Assembly: GCA_965248435.1 (NCBI GenBank)
Contig: OZ252100.1
Coordinates: forward strand, 2,016,001-2,080,000
Reading direction: 5' to 3'
DNA length: 64,000 bases
Source of the DNA: Candidatus Latescibacterota bacterium
GTDB taxonomy: Bacteria; Latescibacterota; UBA2968; GCA-2709665
The notes under the pieces were generated by a model. That model made no database searches. It saw only the letters and a program-made list of their open reading frames with translations, and was not told the DNA's origin. The number at the start of each line of letters is the position of its first letter. The first letter of the stretch is position 1. Shown here piece after piece: positions 30,008 through 40,905 of the stretch. Position numbers and translations under genes: made by a program.

Positions 30008-30059
30008 GTCGCAATCCTGGTTCATGCCAGGTCGCGACTGCCATCTGCACCTTCGAAAC

Positions 30060-30635
30060 TCACCAATTAACACCAAAAGATGGGTCCCCAGGATCAATGT
30101 CGTTCTTCACTCTCAGCTTCTTTAGGGCGCAAGGCTGATGTGCTCGAATGAACTGTCTAATTTGCTCGGCACACCTGGAAGGATCGGAGACGGAGGTATC
30201 AATCTCAAAATCATATAGGCCATGAGCATGCACTAGCCTTAACTGTCCCTTAGCCATACCAGTTGAACGATCACCGCGTCCGCGTTCACGTTGCTCCAAT
30301 TCATCTAAGGGGCAGTGGACACCAATCAAGTATGCGTTTAGATCACAGAGATTCTTAACGCACTCTTCGAGTAATCCGGGATCCTCGATGACGACATCCG
30401 CAATTAGGTTGTTACCGGTCAGTGCCAATTCTCGCATACAGTGATAGTGGCCATGGAGTAACCGTGCTAGAAGAGGCCCTACGTGGGGCTTACGATCGAA
30501 CTTTGCAGGAATCTTGAAAAAGTCACTACTGAACCGAAGAAATGGTTCGTCCATGATGTTCTGCAAAGCATCGGCAGCACTCGTCTTTCCAGAGCTGGTG
30601 GTCCCATTGATCACAACTACCGTGCCTTCTGTCAT
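30060..30635 (-). CDS. Chloramphenicol-phosphotransferase-like (CPT) P-loop kinase
   Basis: NGTTSSGKT, GVHCPLDELEQRERGRGDR, YDFEIDTS. Confidence 0.85.
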   Translation of the reverse strand: MTEGTVVVINGTTSSGKTSAADALQNIMDEPFLRFSSDFFKIPAKFDRKPHVGPLLARLLHGHYHCMRELALTGNNLIADVVIEDPGLLEECVKNLCDLNAYLIGVHCPLDELEQRERGRGDRSTGMAKGQLRLVHAHGLYDFEIDTSVSDPSRCAEQIRQFIRAHQPCALKKLRVKNDIDPGDPSFGVNW

Positions 30636-30656
30636 ATTAGACCTCTGTGATAATCG

Positions 30657-30992
30657 TCAAATATTCGTGAACCCTTCACCGTTCAAAACCTTTGATGAAA
30701 TCCATACGGCATAGGCCCCAGAGAAGCCCAGTGACCAGTCTGGCACAGGTTCTGTTTCAGGGAGCCTCTCGATCATCGCTCTTGCAGATGGATGGTCGAC
30801 TTTCCCCCCGTAGAATATCCCATCTATTTGCGCAACCTCCGGATCGCGTATTCGGTTGACAAGCACAGAGACATAGCGATCACGCGTGTACCTCTGTATG
30901 ACGCTATCGATGGATGGCCTCATCCTCTTGTGCTTCGAGAATAACTGGCCAAGATCGGACCAGCATTCTACCGGGAGTCTAACTAGATCCAC
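30657..30992 (-). pseudogene. Short, probably truncated hypothetical gene
   Basis: 111-aa ORF in array orientation with a low-quality C-terminus. Confidence 0.3.
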
Positions 30993-31282
30993 ACTGGGTA
31001 TCCTGATGTCGGAACCAAAATTGAAAAGCGCCTACCTATCCCTTCGCTCCATCGTAAGACGAAGGGCTAAGCAGGCGCCTCGTGGACTGGTATGGCGTGA
31101 TCCTGCAAGAGCGATACTTGCTCCTAATATTGTTTTTTCGACCGCCAGTCTGGATAAAACCTAAAGGTTTTGTCTCAAGGAGTCAAGGTGAAATTATGAA
31201 AAACCGAACGCCATAGCAACCTCGACTAACGCCCGTGAGCAATCCACACTCTCGCAACCATAGTGCATCTGAATGTCAGCTG

Positions 31283-31999
31283 CTACTCTGGGTATGGGAA
31301 GGGCATCTCGTTGTATGTGCAACCATCTAATTCACGTCCGGCCCTTTTCTTGTTTTTGCCGCCCCATTGCTTGAAGAAGAATGGCACTTCGGCAGAACGG
31401 CATTGGTCCCGTATTTCAACAACCCATTGCCGCTTCATTGGCCTCGCCTTCGGGCCAGATTCGCCACCGGCTATCACCCAATGAATACCAGTTAGCGGTA
31501 GTTTAGTTAGGCGTCCCAACAGCGGCTCGAGAGATAGGAACCTAATCTTCGCGTCGCAGGTCCTAAGCGCGTAAATACGATCTACACGTTCCTGATTCTC
31601 TATCGATACACCCATCCATATATTCTCAGGCCACGGTAGTTGAGTGCTGATACGCTCTAAGCGCTCAGCCCTCTTAGTCAGGATCTGAAATCTGTGACGC
31701 GGGCATTGGGACATCGTGTCAAAAACCCGTTTAATGAACTCAGTCGGCACATCTTCATGAAACAGATCACTCATCGAGTTAACGAAAACTGTTCTTGGTT
31801 TCCGCCAATTCAAAGGTTTATTTAACTCACCGGGATGGAGAGTCAACTTGAACCCATTTGAATACTTCTTGGAACCCATGGCTTTAAGCCGTTGTGCCAT
31901 AATTTCTGCATAGCAGTTCTTACAACCTGCAGAGACTTTCGCGCATCCACTCACGGGGTTCCATGTCATGTCTGTCCATTCAATGCTAGACTGTGCCAT
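31283..31999 (-). CDS. Phage Gp37/Gp68 (DUF5131) radical-SAM-like protein
   Basis: IEWTDMTWNPVSGCAKVSAGCKNCYAE, FVNSMSDLFH, WVIAGGESG, FFFKQWGG. Confidence 0.92.
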   Translation of the reverse strand: MAQSSIEWTDMTWNPVSGCAKVSAGCKNCYAEIMAQRLKAMGSKKYSNGFKLTLHPGELNKPLNWRKPRTVFVNSMSDLFHEDVPTEFIKRVFDTMSQCPRHRFQILTKRAERLERISTQLPWPENIWMGVSIENQERVDRIYALRTCDAKIRFLSLEPLLGRLTKLPLTGIHWVIAGGESGPKARPMKRQWVVEIRDQCRSAEVPFFFKQWGGKNKKRAGRELDGCTYNEMPFPYPE

Positions 32000-33078
32000 T
32001 ACACACCACCTCCAACTCACGCGCTTCGAAGAAGCCGTGGATGGACACCCTAGGCCGCCCACCCCCGAGGACCCGTACTTTGCCTTTCCTAATCAGTGAT
32101 CGCAGCACTTCACGTCCGTGCTTAGGCAGCATTCCTTCGTCAAGACTTGCAATGAACACGGCCTTGTCACTCGTAATTTCTCCCCTTAATATCTCGGCTT
32201 CGATCTTCTCCTGGAATAGATTAAGCTTTTGAGGTTTGTCCATCTCGGGGAACAGGTGTGGGATTTGCGAGTCGAGATTGTCCTGATCGATATCGAAATT
32301 GGCCTCTCCTCGCTGGGGATCTACTTTCCAGCAAAGCCGCAAGAATTTGTCTATCCCAAGTGGATGAGCAGATCCGAAAATTAGGCCGTAGATATTGCTA
32401 CCTTTCTTAATCGAGAACGGAGTCAGATAGATGGGCTTCGAGGCGCTGACAAGCCCTCTGTAGTAATCCGTTACTGCGCGATGGGTGTGGTTAAATTTTC
32501 GAGCGGAAATCGAACCCTTGGGGATAGGAAGATGCTTTTTGAAGTGGGGGTGCTCTGAGAAGCGCCGGACGAATGATGATGCGATAAAAAAAATAAAGTC
32601 GGTTCTGGGAAGCTCTAATCCGAGCGAAGACATCGTCGGAGATGAACTTCATCCCTTGCTGGTCCAGGAATAGAAGATTTGGTCCCTCCACCATTTCTGA
32701 GTAGAGAGTGTCGAAAGCCTCATGAAATTTCAGATTGTAGACTCGCCATTCACATAGATCCTTCGGGATTTTCTGGGCCTCCATGACTTCTCGCAAGCTC
32801 TTTGCTTTCCATTTCACTGCCTCGTTCAGCTCAAGCCTGATCCTCGTTCCGGTAGTCCGAATCGACGGTGTGTATTTGCGAATCTCATCCAAAATAACGA
32901 GGGGGCTGCCACGATTCCCTGCCGAGTCACGGCCTGGCCCCGCGAAGAAGTCCACGATTGTTATCGTCCCACCCTGCTGATTTGAAAGGAATACCGGCAA
33001 CCACTCCTTCGTATAGCTCCTAAACAGATAGAGTTTCTCTAACGTACCTTCATCAAACGGTTTGCGGTGGAAGTTCAT
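31986..33078 (-). pseudogene. Three-Cys-motif partner protein (TcmP/GMT-wHTH), frameshifted near 32620
   Basis: DFFAGPG and FLDQQG in ORF 32491..33078; continues as LPRTDF...NIYGLIFGS in ORF 31986..32633. Confidence 0.8.
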
Positions 33079-33368
33079 CGTCTAATTCCGCATTCACTCG
33101 ACGAAGCCACCAAACGGTGTGGCTCCATCTCTCGATAACCATTTACTCGTAAGCGATGTCGCAACTGCAAGTTCACGGCTCAATCAACTTACAACCAACG
33201 CCATTCACATAAAAGTATAGTCAAAATTCTCCAGCCCGGGAAGGCTCGACATTCAGGAATACTTCGTGAATGTGGTAGCAACCTACGCCCAGATGCATCT
33301 ACAGACATAGTGTCCCACCTTGGGAAGCCAACCAGCACCATTTCATCAACTCTCTTCCTTCACTGATC

Positions 33369-34298
33369 CTATTCAAATTCTTCAACCGAGCCTTTATATA
33401 ATTGCACAAAGTTCTCAAGTGCAGTGGCTTTCAGGTTGAATCGTCGAAAATGTCCCTCTCCGTATTTGGTGCCATCGTAATCTCTGATCGCACAGCCACC
33501 ATTGTCAGATTCAGCGCCTATGTGGACCACATAGTGGTTCATGGTTAGATTGCCCCCGAAACGGTCTCTCAGCTTACTCGCCCATGCTTCAATTAGCAGG
33601 GCTTTGTGCGGTAATGCCTCTGCGTAAGCACCGACAAACTCTTCGAAAGCCTTTGACTCTCGAAATCCTTTGGTTAATTCAACGGGCCTTCTGGGCAAGC
33701 ACGACTCGACAGTTGTCAGGATTGTCGGGATGCCCTCGCTCTCGATTTGAATCAGATACAAGAGAGCCTGTCCGTCTTCCTCAAGCAAGGCTGGAAGCTT
33801 GTTAAGTAGCTGCTCAGCAGAACCGTTTCCATCCACCCCAGCTTCGGAGTGCAGGGCACCAACAACACCTTCAGGTGTGGCGACAAAAGGTGGGTTGGCG
33901 AAGATCGCATCAAACATACCAGAAGACTGAAAGCTGCCGAAATCTGCGACTACCGTGGAAATTCTGTCTAAGGGGAGGTTGTTTCTCTTAATATTCTCCA
34001 GAAGAAAGTCCATTGCCCTGGAATTGATGTCTACGAAGGTGACCCTCTCGGCGCCCAGCGCCAGAGCGACAATACCAAGTGGGCCTGATCCCGAAAATGG
34101 CTCCAAGACATTCTTGCCACGGACAAGCTCCGGGTGACTAGCTATATACTGCATCTGGATACCGCAAGCCGCTCCTAGAGCAATGACTCTGTTTTGATCA
34201 GGTCGATCCAGCTTGTCTGTCTGGAAGACTAGCTCGCCAAATCTATAGACCCAAGAGTCCCCCTCATCTCCTGCGAACGTAAGTGGCGGTTTCATCAT
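33369..34298 (-). CDS. Class I SAM methyltransferase (NPPF, HemK-like)
   Basis: VLEPFSGSG, VDIN, ANPPF. Confidence 0.85.
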   Translation of the reverse strand: MMKPPLTFAGDEGDSWVYRFGELVFQTDKLDRPDQNRVIALGAACGIQMQYIASHPELVRGKNVLEPFSGSGPLGIVALALGAERVTFVDINSRAMDFLLENIKRNNLPLDRISTVVADFGSFQSSGMFDAIFANPPFVATPEGVVGALHSEAGVDGNGSAEQLLNKLPALLEEDGQALLYLIQIESEGIPTILTTVESCLPRRPVELTKGFRESKAFEEFVGAYAEALPHKALLIEAWASKLRDRFGGNLTMNHYVVHIGAESDNGGCAIRDYDGTKYGEGHFRRFNLKATALENFVQLYKGSVEEFE

Positions 34299-34348
34299 GG
34301 CTGGTCAATGATTCATCCCATTCATACTTTGCTGCCCGGCCCACGGAA

Positions 34349-34789
34349 CTATTGATTCAATACGAGTGTGCCATCATCTCTGATTTCGAACATTGGACCC
34401 CAGGCCACCTCCCACGGGTATCCGTCGGGATCTGCGAAATACCCGCTGTAACCGCCCCAGGATGATTCCCGCGGAGACTTGAGTATCTTCCCTCTGGCGG
34501 CCTCAGCGATGCTGAGGACTTCATCTACGTCTTCACGCGTTCTTGTGTTGTGAGCCAGAGTGATTCCGCCGAATCCGCTCCTACGTCCCTCCGTAGCTGG
34601 CGAAATATCCTTGGCCAGGTGATCGTAGGGATAAAGCGAAAAGCGAGTACCGCTGGTTTTAAAGAGCGCACATCCTGCGTCGTCTTTAGCAGATGTCGGA
34701 AAGCCAAGCCCGTCCCTATAGAACCTGATCGACGTTGCCATATCACTTACACCGAGCGTAATGATGCTAATCCTGGGTTCGAAAGGCAT
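34349..34789 (-). CDS. VOC/glyoxalase-family protein
   Basis: ITLGVSD...WGGYSGYFADPDGYPWEV. Confidence 0.92.
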   Translation of the reverse strand: MPFEPRISIITLGVSDMATSIRFYRDGLGFPTSAKDDAGCALFKTSGTRFSLYPYDHLAKDISPATEGRRSGFGGITLAHNTRTREDVDEVLSIAEAARGKILKSPRESSWGGYSGYFADPDGYPWEVAWGPMFEIRDDGTLVLNQ

Positions 34790-34819
34790 TTTGAATACCT
34801 CCGTCTTATAGGAGCTTAT

Positions 34820-35821
34820 TCACTTCTTGGCAGCCCGCGGTACCTTGGCAAACAGTCCTTCCTCTATCTGGTACGCCTCCTCATCTACTGTGATTTTCCA
34901 GGTCTCGTTCGGTTCCGGCGGGTTCTCAAGCTGCCAGAGCACGGTTTCCCTGAGTGCTTCTTCTACGGCCACAACGTCACGGACGCCCAGATCCCTTGAA
35001 ACGCGGGAAAGGTCATACTGGCACAGCGGTCCACTATATATATCTCCCTCCCAAACGTCGTCTGGTATTTCGATGATTTCCCATTCGTGGCCCAACGTCT
35101 TCGCGATCTCCTTTGCAATCTGGGGAAGCGTTTGACACTCCACATCGGCGAGATTGTAGACCTTGCCCACAGCCGCATCTGACTCTAGAGCTGATACGAC
35201 ACCCGCTGCCAGATTCTTGTGGTAGCCTCGCGCGGCTGGTATTCGAAACGCCTTCCCTGGGAGGGCCAATCTATCCCGGCTGTCCAAGACTCGCCTGATG
35301 AGAGCCCACTCGCGGTATCCACCGGATCGGCCGGGACCATAGATGACCGGATAGCGGATCACGGTCGCAGGAAAGTCCCCTTCTTGACAGGCTGCCAGCA
35401 CTGCCCTCTCCATCAAAACCTTGTCGTAGTTCCTTGGCTCTTCCTCATAGGTCGGAGGATCTCTTAAAGGCGCATCCTCCGAAATCGGTTCTTCTCCGAA
35501 GTCCGGAGCGTCCGCGTACACATCGCCAGAACTGATGTGTACTGATGCCCTGATTCGACCTCTGAAAGCTTCGATCACCGGCTCAGAGTCTGCATCGATC
35601 ATACTCAGCATGTCGATCACAGCATCTGCCTTGATCCTCTTCAGCGCCTCCCCGAACGTATCGCGATCTTTCCGATCACCGTGAATGTGCTCACAATCCG
35701 GCATAAACGGGCTCTCGTGCTCCCCACGATGGTAGACCACTACCTCGTGACCACGGTTCTGTAGTTCATGCGCAATAAAAGGACCACTAAATCCGGTTCC
35801 CCCCAGTAAAAGCACTCGCAT
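34820..35821 (-). CDS. NAD-dependent epimerase/dehydratase
   Basis: LGGTGFSG, SSGDVY, YDK, RYPVIYGPG. Confidence 0.88.
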   Translation of the reverse strand: MRVLLLGGTGFSGPFIAHELQNRGHEVVVYHRGEHESPFMPDCEHIHGDRKDRDTFGEALKRIKADAVIDMLSMIDADSEPVIEAFRGRIRASVHISSGDVYADAPDFGEEPISEDAPLRDPPTYEEEPRNYDKVLMERAVLAACQEGDFPATVIRYPVIYGPGRSGGYREWALIRRVLDSRDRLALPGKAFRIPAARGYHKNLAAGVVSALESDAAVGKVYNLADVECQTLPQIAKEIAKTLGHEWEIIEIPDDVWEGDIYSGPLCQYDLSRVSRDLGVRDVVAVEEALRETVLWQLENPPEPNETWKITVDEEAYQIEEGLFAKVPRAAKK

Positions 35822-35959
35822 CCGTCACCCCTCAGAAATGCTATGGTGGTACCTGCCGTTGCCAATCTAAGAAATTTTGAACCTTTTCAGCGCTTACGTG
35901 TATGACTATGTGATAGCGGTTCCGACTCAATGCAAAAGGTGATCTGAGAGATAGGAGAT

Positions 35960-37120
35960 TTGGAGATGAAAGCGTTAGCCACGTCCCTTGTTATCCTGGT
36001 ATCTACGCTGTGCGCCACCTGCATTGCCAAGGCAGAGTCACTGAAGCCGGAAAAGGTGCATCGACTTACGAGAGTAAATCAACCCAGGGAATGGTATACG
36101 ACACAGGCCGGCCTCTGGAAGGGAGAGATAGAAAACGACCCAAAGAATTCAGGAGCCTGGTACAACTATTACTTTGCTAGTCGTTATTCCCTGAACAAGC
36201 GAACCAAGTCGGGCAGAGCCACATTGGACAGGATCATCTCAGATATGGGAAAGGCAATCCCAGATAGCTATCAATATCTCTACACGAAGTTTTTGAACGA
36301 TGATCTTAAGGATATCACGTTGCTAGAAAGGGCCCATCAACTTCGCCCTGACAATCCTGAACATTACGAAAATTTCGTTCACATTTATGAACTGAGTAAT
36401 GAAAGGGAAAAAGCAAAAATATACTGGGAGAAACTCTATCGAAGCGGGTACATACCGGCAGCCTGGCTAAATTACAACTATAACACATTGATGTCTACTG
36501 AAGAAGACGCAATCCTATTTACGAACGGCGATAACGACACTTATCCCGCCTGGATGCTCCAGCGTGCGAAGGGGGTCCGGTCAGATGTTACCATTCTGAA
36601 TGTATTCCTATGCAGGAAGAAGCCTTACCTGCTTCGCGTACTGCAAGAGAAAGGAATCAAGATCAGCCCCGAGGAGTTGCCAGACAGTGATGCCGAGAAC
36701 TGGCTACTTGAGCTTTGCAACACTCTGATTGCAAACAATCCCAATATTCCCATCTACTTCGGTATTACCTTACCTCGAAGGTACATCGGGCCCTTGCAGG
36801 ATAACCTCTATCTTGTCGGACTTGCCCATCAATACAGCCCCAAAAGAGTAGATAACATGGCCTTGCTGGCCAAGAACCTAGAAAAACGCTTCAGGTTGAA
36901 CTATCTTCGACACGATTGGTACAGCGAAGCACACGTCTCCGAAAAATCCATTAGAGAAAACCACAATCTCAATTATATCATCCCATTCATGATGCTATAC
37001 GAACACTACAAAGCTGGCGGAGAAAGAGAAAGAGCCGATTATTGGAGGGAACTTTCGCTGGATCTTGCCCAGAAAGGGAACAGTAAAGGAATGCTGAACT
37101 ACATCAAGAAAAGAGGGTAA
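35960..37120 (+). CDS. Secreted hypothetical protein (TPR-like; FTNGDNDTYP motif)
   Basis: Signal peptide; long ORF with SD, co-oriented with the ECF sigma gene. Confidence 0.7.
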   Translation: MEMKALATSLVILVSTLCATCIAKAESLKPEKVHRLTRVNQPREWYTTQAGLWKGEIENDPKNSGAWYNYYFASRYSLNKRTKSGRATLDRIISDMGKAIPDSYQYLYTKFLNDDLKDITLLERAHQLRPDNPEHYENFVHIYELSNEREKAKIYWEKLYRSGYIPAAWLNYNYNTLMSTEEDAILFTNGDNDTYPAWMLQRAKGVRSDVTILNVFLCRKKPYLLRVLQEKGIKISPEELPDSDAENWLLELCNTLIANNPNIPIYFGITLPRRYIGPLQDNLYLVGLAHQYSPKRVDNMALLAKNLEKRFRLNYLRHDWYSEAHVSEKSIRENHNLNYIIPFMMLYEHYKAGGERERADYWRELSLDLAQKGNSKGMLNYIKKRG

Positions 37121-37142
37121 CCATCGGCGTGAGTGTTCTCGG

Positions 37143-37742
37143 ATGAACGCTTCCAAGAAGAGATACCAACAATTCCCTGACGAAGAATTGATGGATTTGA
37201 TTAGCAAAGGAGACACATCCGCTTTTGACGACCTCTATGCACGCTATAGCACGCGTTTGTTGCACTATTTCTTACGGATGCTTAAGGGAAACGAAGAGAA
37301 GGCACAGGACTTCTTGCAGGATATCTTTCTAAAGATCATTGAACACCCTACTAGGTTCGACACAGGACGGTCCTTCTCAAATTGGGTATTCAGCGTTGCT
37401 CACAATATGTGCAAAAACGAATACAGGGATCTGGAGACAAGAAAACTTCGGGCGAATGAACCGGAACTGAATTCAACCAGCCACTCTGACATCGACTACC
37501 TTCCTCTGGAAAGAAAGCTGGACCAGTCCGAATTCAAAGCAGCGCTACTAAAGGAGTTGGAAGATTTTGACGAAGACCAGCGAAGCACCTTTCTCTTGCG
37601 TTATCAGGAGAACCTATCAATCAAAGAAATCAGTGAGGTATTAGAGTGTTCAGAGGGAACGGTAAAATCTCGTCTTTTTTACACATCCAGGAAGCTATCT
37701 AGAAAGCTCAGAAAGCTGAATCCGCAAGAATCTGAGAGGTGA
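37143..37742 (+). CDS. ECF sigma factor
   Basis: AQDFLQDIFLK, SIKEISEVLECSEGTVKSRL. Confidence 0.92.
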   Translation: MNASKKRYQQFPDEELMDLISKGDTSAFDDLYARYSTRLLHYFLRMLKGNEEKAQDFLQDIFLKIIEHPTRFDTGRSFSNWVFSVAHNMCKNEYRDLETRKLRANEPELNSTSHSDIDYLPLERKLDQSEFKAALLKELEDFDEDQRSTFLLRYQENLSIKEISEVLECSEGTVKSRLFYTSRKLSRKLRKLNPQESER

Positions 37743-37749
37743 CAGGGCC

Positions 37750-38322
37750 ATGGAAAGATCAACGGACAACAACTGTACCCATTTCGAAGATCTCTTGGTG
37801 AGGAAAAGCCTGGGGCAAATCACACAAGGTGAGACCTTGCTACTGACTGAACATCTCAAAGGATGCAAGCAGTGCCAGGCTTACAGCGATACATTGGCGG
37901 AAATCGCCAGTTCGATGCAAATTTCCGAGACTGATCTAACTCCGAATCCGGAGATCTATGAACACCTGAAAAGTCGCCTACAAACTGCAAAGACGGTTGA
38001 ACTTCGTATACTGAGAACACTGGGGAACCGGTTGTTCAGAATATTCAATATTAGGATCCCTCTCTACCAGGCGGTGTTGGGAACGGCGGCAATTCTTATC
38101 ACCGCGTTTGCCCTAGAGAATGTCAGTCTTTCCAATCTGGATCTGCCTGAAAGTTCTCAAACGAAAGAACCAGCGATCGTCCCGGACAGACTACTCCATC
38201 ATCTCAAGATTACCGAAGCGCAAAGGATCGGGCAGACTGTCGGGGAAGATAGTCTTTTGACAAAGCACATAGTTGAGCTGCACGATACATTCCTTGCGAA
38301 AAGTATTTTGGAGGGCATTTAA
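37750..38322 (+). CDS. zf-HC2 anti-sigma factor
   Basis: HLKGCKQC plus one TM segment. Confidence 0.8.
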   Translation: MERSTDNNCTHFEDLLVRKSLGQITQGETLLLTEHLKGCKQCQAYSDTLAEIASSMQISETDLTPNPEIYEHLKSRLQTAKTVELRILRTLGNRLFRIFNIRIPLYQAVLGTAAILITAFALENVSLSNLDLPESSQTKEPAIVPDRLLHHLKITEAQRIGQTVGEDSLLTKHIVELHDTFLAKSILEGI

Positions 38323-38426
38323 CTTCCAAGTCGTCCTCCCCAACTAGATTTCCTTCTCCCCTCTCCACTGCCGCGGGCAAGTTGGGCGGAATGCCCTTCA
38401 CTGAAACAGAAAATGGGGGTTCAAAA

Positions 38427-39386
38427 TCATGAAAATATTGGAAGAATGTCTTTGGCGAAAACCTCCATCGACTGAACAGCTTCCTGATAGGATAGATCTC
38501 CCCATTTGAAACTACACAGTATCTCATCAACCCCGAGTGCTTGGAGTTCCTTTAGCTCTTTGATCATATCGGAAGAGGACTCATAAAGGCCGAAAACATT
38601 CTGGAAAGTATCAATTGTTTTCTTATGAATGTTCTCCTTGCCTGTAAGAAGCTCTCCGAATGAATTGACTGCACTACGAACCCTGCCCTGATCTATCGTA
38701 TCCTCTCTTACATAGATATTTCGAAGATAGCCAACATGCCCATAGAAATTGGGAGAACAAGATTCTCGATAAGCCTGGATGACTTCCCTCAACTTGGAAG
38801 AGTTCCCAGCTAGGTTGATATTGAGTCCAAGTTTCCCCATGGCAGAAGCTCCTTCCTTAGAGCCAACTGACACACAAATAGGCGGGTGGGGACTTTGGAA
38901 AGGTTTGATCGCTAACCTTACGTCTTTCAGAGAATGGTAGTCACCTTCAACTGAAACAGCTTCGCCGGACCACAAACTCATTATGATTTCAAGAGATTCT
39001 TTGGCCATCTCCCGTCTTTGTGCAAAGTCGAGACCGAATATATCGAAGTCTCTTTCTTGATTGCCCGACCCAAATCCTGCAATTAGTCTGCCGTTACTCA
39101 AATGATCTACCAATAGTAACTCTTCAGCCAATTTCACGGGATGGTAGAAAGGTAATACATTGACTGCATATCCAATTCCTAGGCGATGCGTTTTTACGGC
39201 GATAGCAGCTGCAATGACGGATGGAGATCCATTTATGCAATAAGAAGTATGGTGTTCGGCCAACCATACATTTGAAAAGTTTAGTTGCTCAGATCTACAC
39301 ACAAATTCTACAGTTTCATGTATGATCTGATTGCAATCGCCGCCCTTCAGCAGGTGCATTATTTGGAAAGTACTGAATATCATCAC
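38427..39386 (-). CDS. LLM-class flavin-dependent oxidoreductase
   Basis: WLAEHH, HPVKLAEE...DHLSNGRL, PFQSPHPP. Confidence 0.9.
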   Translation of the reverse strand: MMIFSTFQIMHLLKGGDCNQIIHETVEFVCRSEQLNFSNVWLAEHHTSYCINGSPSVIAAAIAVKTHRLGIGYAVNVLPFYHPVKLAEELLLVDHLSNGRLIAGFGSGNQERDFDIFGLDFAQRREMAKESLEIIMSLWSGEAVSVEGDYHSLKDVRLAIKPFQSPHPPICVSVGSKEGASAMGKLGLNINLAGNSSKLREVIQAYRESCSPNFYGHVGYLRNIYVREDTIDQGRVRSAVNSFGELLTGKENIHKKTIDTFQNVFGLYESSSDMIKELKELQALGVDEILCSFKWGDLSYQEAVQSMEVFAKDILPIFS

Positions 39387-39444
39387 CAGGTTTCTCTAGT
39401 TTTCGGTGTGTTGCTACTTTTTTTGCGTGCGAGGCTGGCATTTC

Positions 39445-39503
39445 CTATAACGTTCTCGGGCTTTTGCAAACCTTGCCGACCCGTCAGGGCTGGAGTGTTG
39501 GTT
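39445..39503 (-). repeat. attC-like site, degenerate
   Basis: ctataacgttctcgggc...gtgttgg. Confidence 0.55.
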
Positions 39504-39576
39504 GCCCCGACGCTCTCCCTCTCAACGATCGGCTAAAGCAATTCCGGGCACGAAATTGCCCTCTTTGTTATTGAAA

Positions 39577-40362
39577 TCATCCGCGCTTGCGGCGGACCGA
39601 GATGATGCTTGGGCTATCAGCAGTCAGCGATTCCAGATTCCAATCGCCATACTGCCGTACGATGCTGAAGCCATTGTAGAATAGCAGTGCTGCAAGCTCC
39701 TGCGGGAAGGTGTAACGCAGCGCGATGCGAGTGACCTTGGTGTGATCCTCCTCACCCTCGTGCCAGCGTTTGTAGGTCGTCCAGTGGTGGATCTGAGCCA
39801 TATGGTCATATACGTACGTTCTCGATACACGCACTTCGCTCCCGCTGGTATCGCTAAAAGAAGGCCAATCTTGCTCTTCTTCGTTCGTCTCAAGGGGTAC
39901 AAATAGCCCTTCTGGGGTCTGGGAGTGGGGGAAAAGTGGGTTGCGCGTTTCGAAGGCAAACAATCCCTCGTCGTGTAAATGTGCATGCACGCGTTGCAAC
40001 AGTGCTTCTTGATCTGCGTTTGTCAGAAAACTCTGGAAGGCGTTGCCAGTCAAGAAGATGAGTCGAAATTGTTCGCCAAGGTCAAATGTGCGTGCGTCAC
40101 CCGCAATCCAGCGCGTAGGGAGGCCAACAGATTTGCTACGCGCCTGATCTATCATTCCAGGGACAATATCCAAGCCAGTTACAGAAAAGCCCAAGCGGGC
40201 AATCGGGATGCTGACGCGACCCGTGCCACAGGCAATTTCGAATACAGAACCACCCGTTTCTTGCGCCAGGGCTGCGTAGAAGGCGATGCCTGTATCGCTG
40301 GCATCCCCCATGTCATAGTTGGCTGGATCGGAGAACTCCTCGAGATTGTCGTGATCAATCAA
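39577..40362 (-). CDS. Class I SAM methyltransferase
   Basis: EIACGTGR, GLDI, GDAR. Confidence 0.9.
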   Translation of the reverse strand: MIDHDNLEEFSDPANYDMGDASDTGIAFYAALAQETGGSVFEIACGTGRVSIPIARLGFSVTGLDIVPGMIDQARSKSVGLPTRWIAGDARTFDLGEQFRLIFLTGNAFQSFLTNADQEALLQRVHAHLHDEGLFAFETRNPLFPHSQTPEGLFVPLETNEEEQDWPSFSDTSGSEVRVSRTYVYDHMAQIHHWTTYKRWHEGEEDHTKVTRIALRYTFPQELAALLFYNGFSIVRQYGDWNLESLTADSPSIISVRRKRG

Positions 40363-40407
40363 TTCGCTGCTTCCTATTTCTTCAAGCGAAAACCCTGGGT
40401 AGTGTGC

Positions 40408-40905
40408 TCATTGCTCGGCCTGCTCAATTGCATTACGAAGCTTCTCCGCAAATTTTGCCATTTCGTCTGGCGTAGTTTCAATGACGCCATTCTCATGCAT
40501 TAGCGCATAGTATTGCTGTTGCTCAAGCGGAACCCCCTTTGGAAGCGGCGCCACATGCCAATGGACATGTGAATTGGCGGCTTGGCTTCCTAGGCTTAGA
40601 ATGTAGATGCGTTCTGGTTCAAGCAATTGTCTCATTGCTTCCGAAATTTTGTATATGAAACGCTGTAGATCCAGATATTCCTTCTTATCGAAGTCACCTG
40701 TGACCTGTTCGTGGTGTTTCTTCGGGGCAACTAAGACATATCCAAAGAGAGTTGGGAACCTGTTAAGAAAGGCAACTGCAGTGTCGGTTTCAGCAACGAC
40801 TAAATGCTCATAACGGGGGTTACCCGCTAGGAATTCGCAAATAAAGCAATTCGTATCTTTCTTTGTAAGACGAGACATATCGAATGGTACGCGCGTTCTA
40901 TCCAT
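40408..40905 (-). CDS. HIT-family protein
   Basis: CFIC, HVHWH. Confidence 0.9.
   Translation of the reverse strand: MDRTRVPFDMSRLTKKDTNCFICEFLAGNPRYEHLVVAETDTAVAFLNRFPTLFGYVLVAPKKHHEQVTGDFDKKEYLDLQRFIYKISEAMRQLLEPERIYILSLGSQAANSHVHWHVAPLPKGVPLEQQQYYALMHENGVIETTPDEMAKFAEKLRNAIEQAEQ

Noticed and set aside
31283-31999. Prophage, based on the 'phage Gp37/Gp68' family name
   Set aside because: No structural, terminase or phage replication genes nearby.
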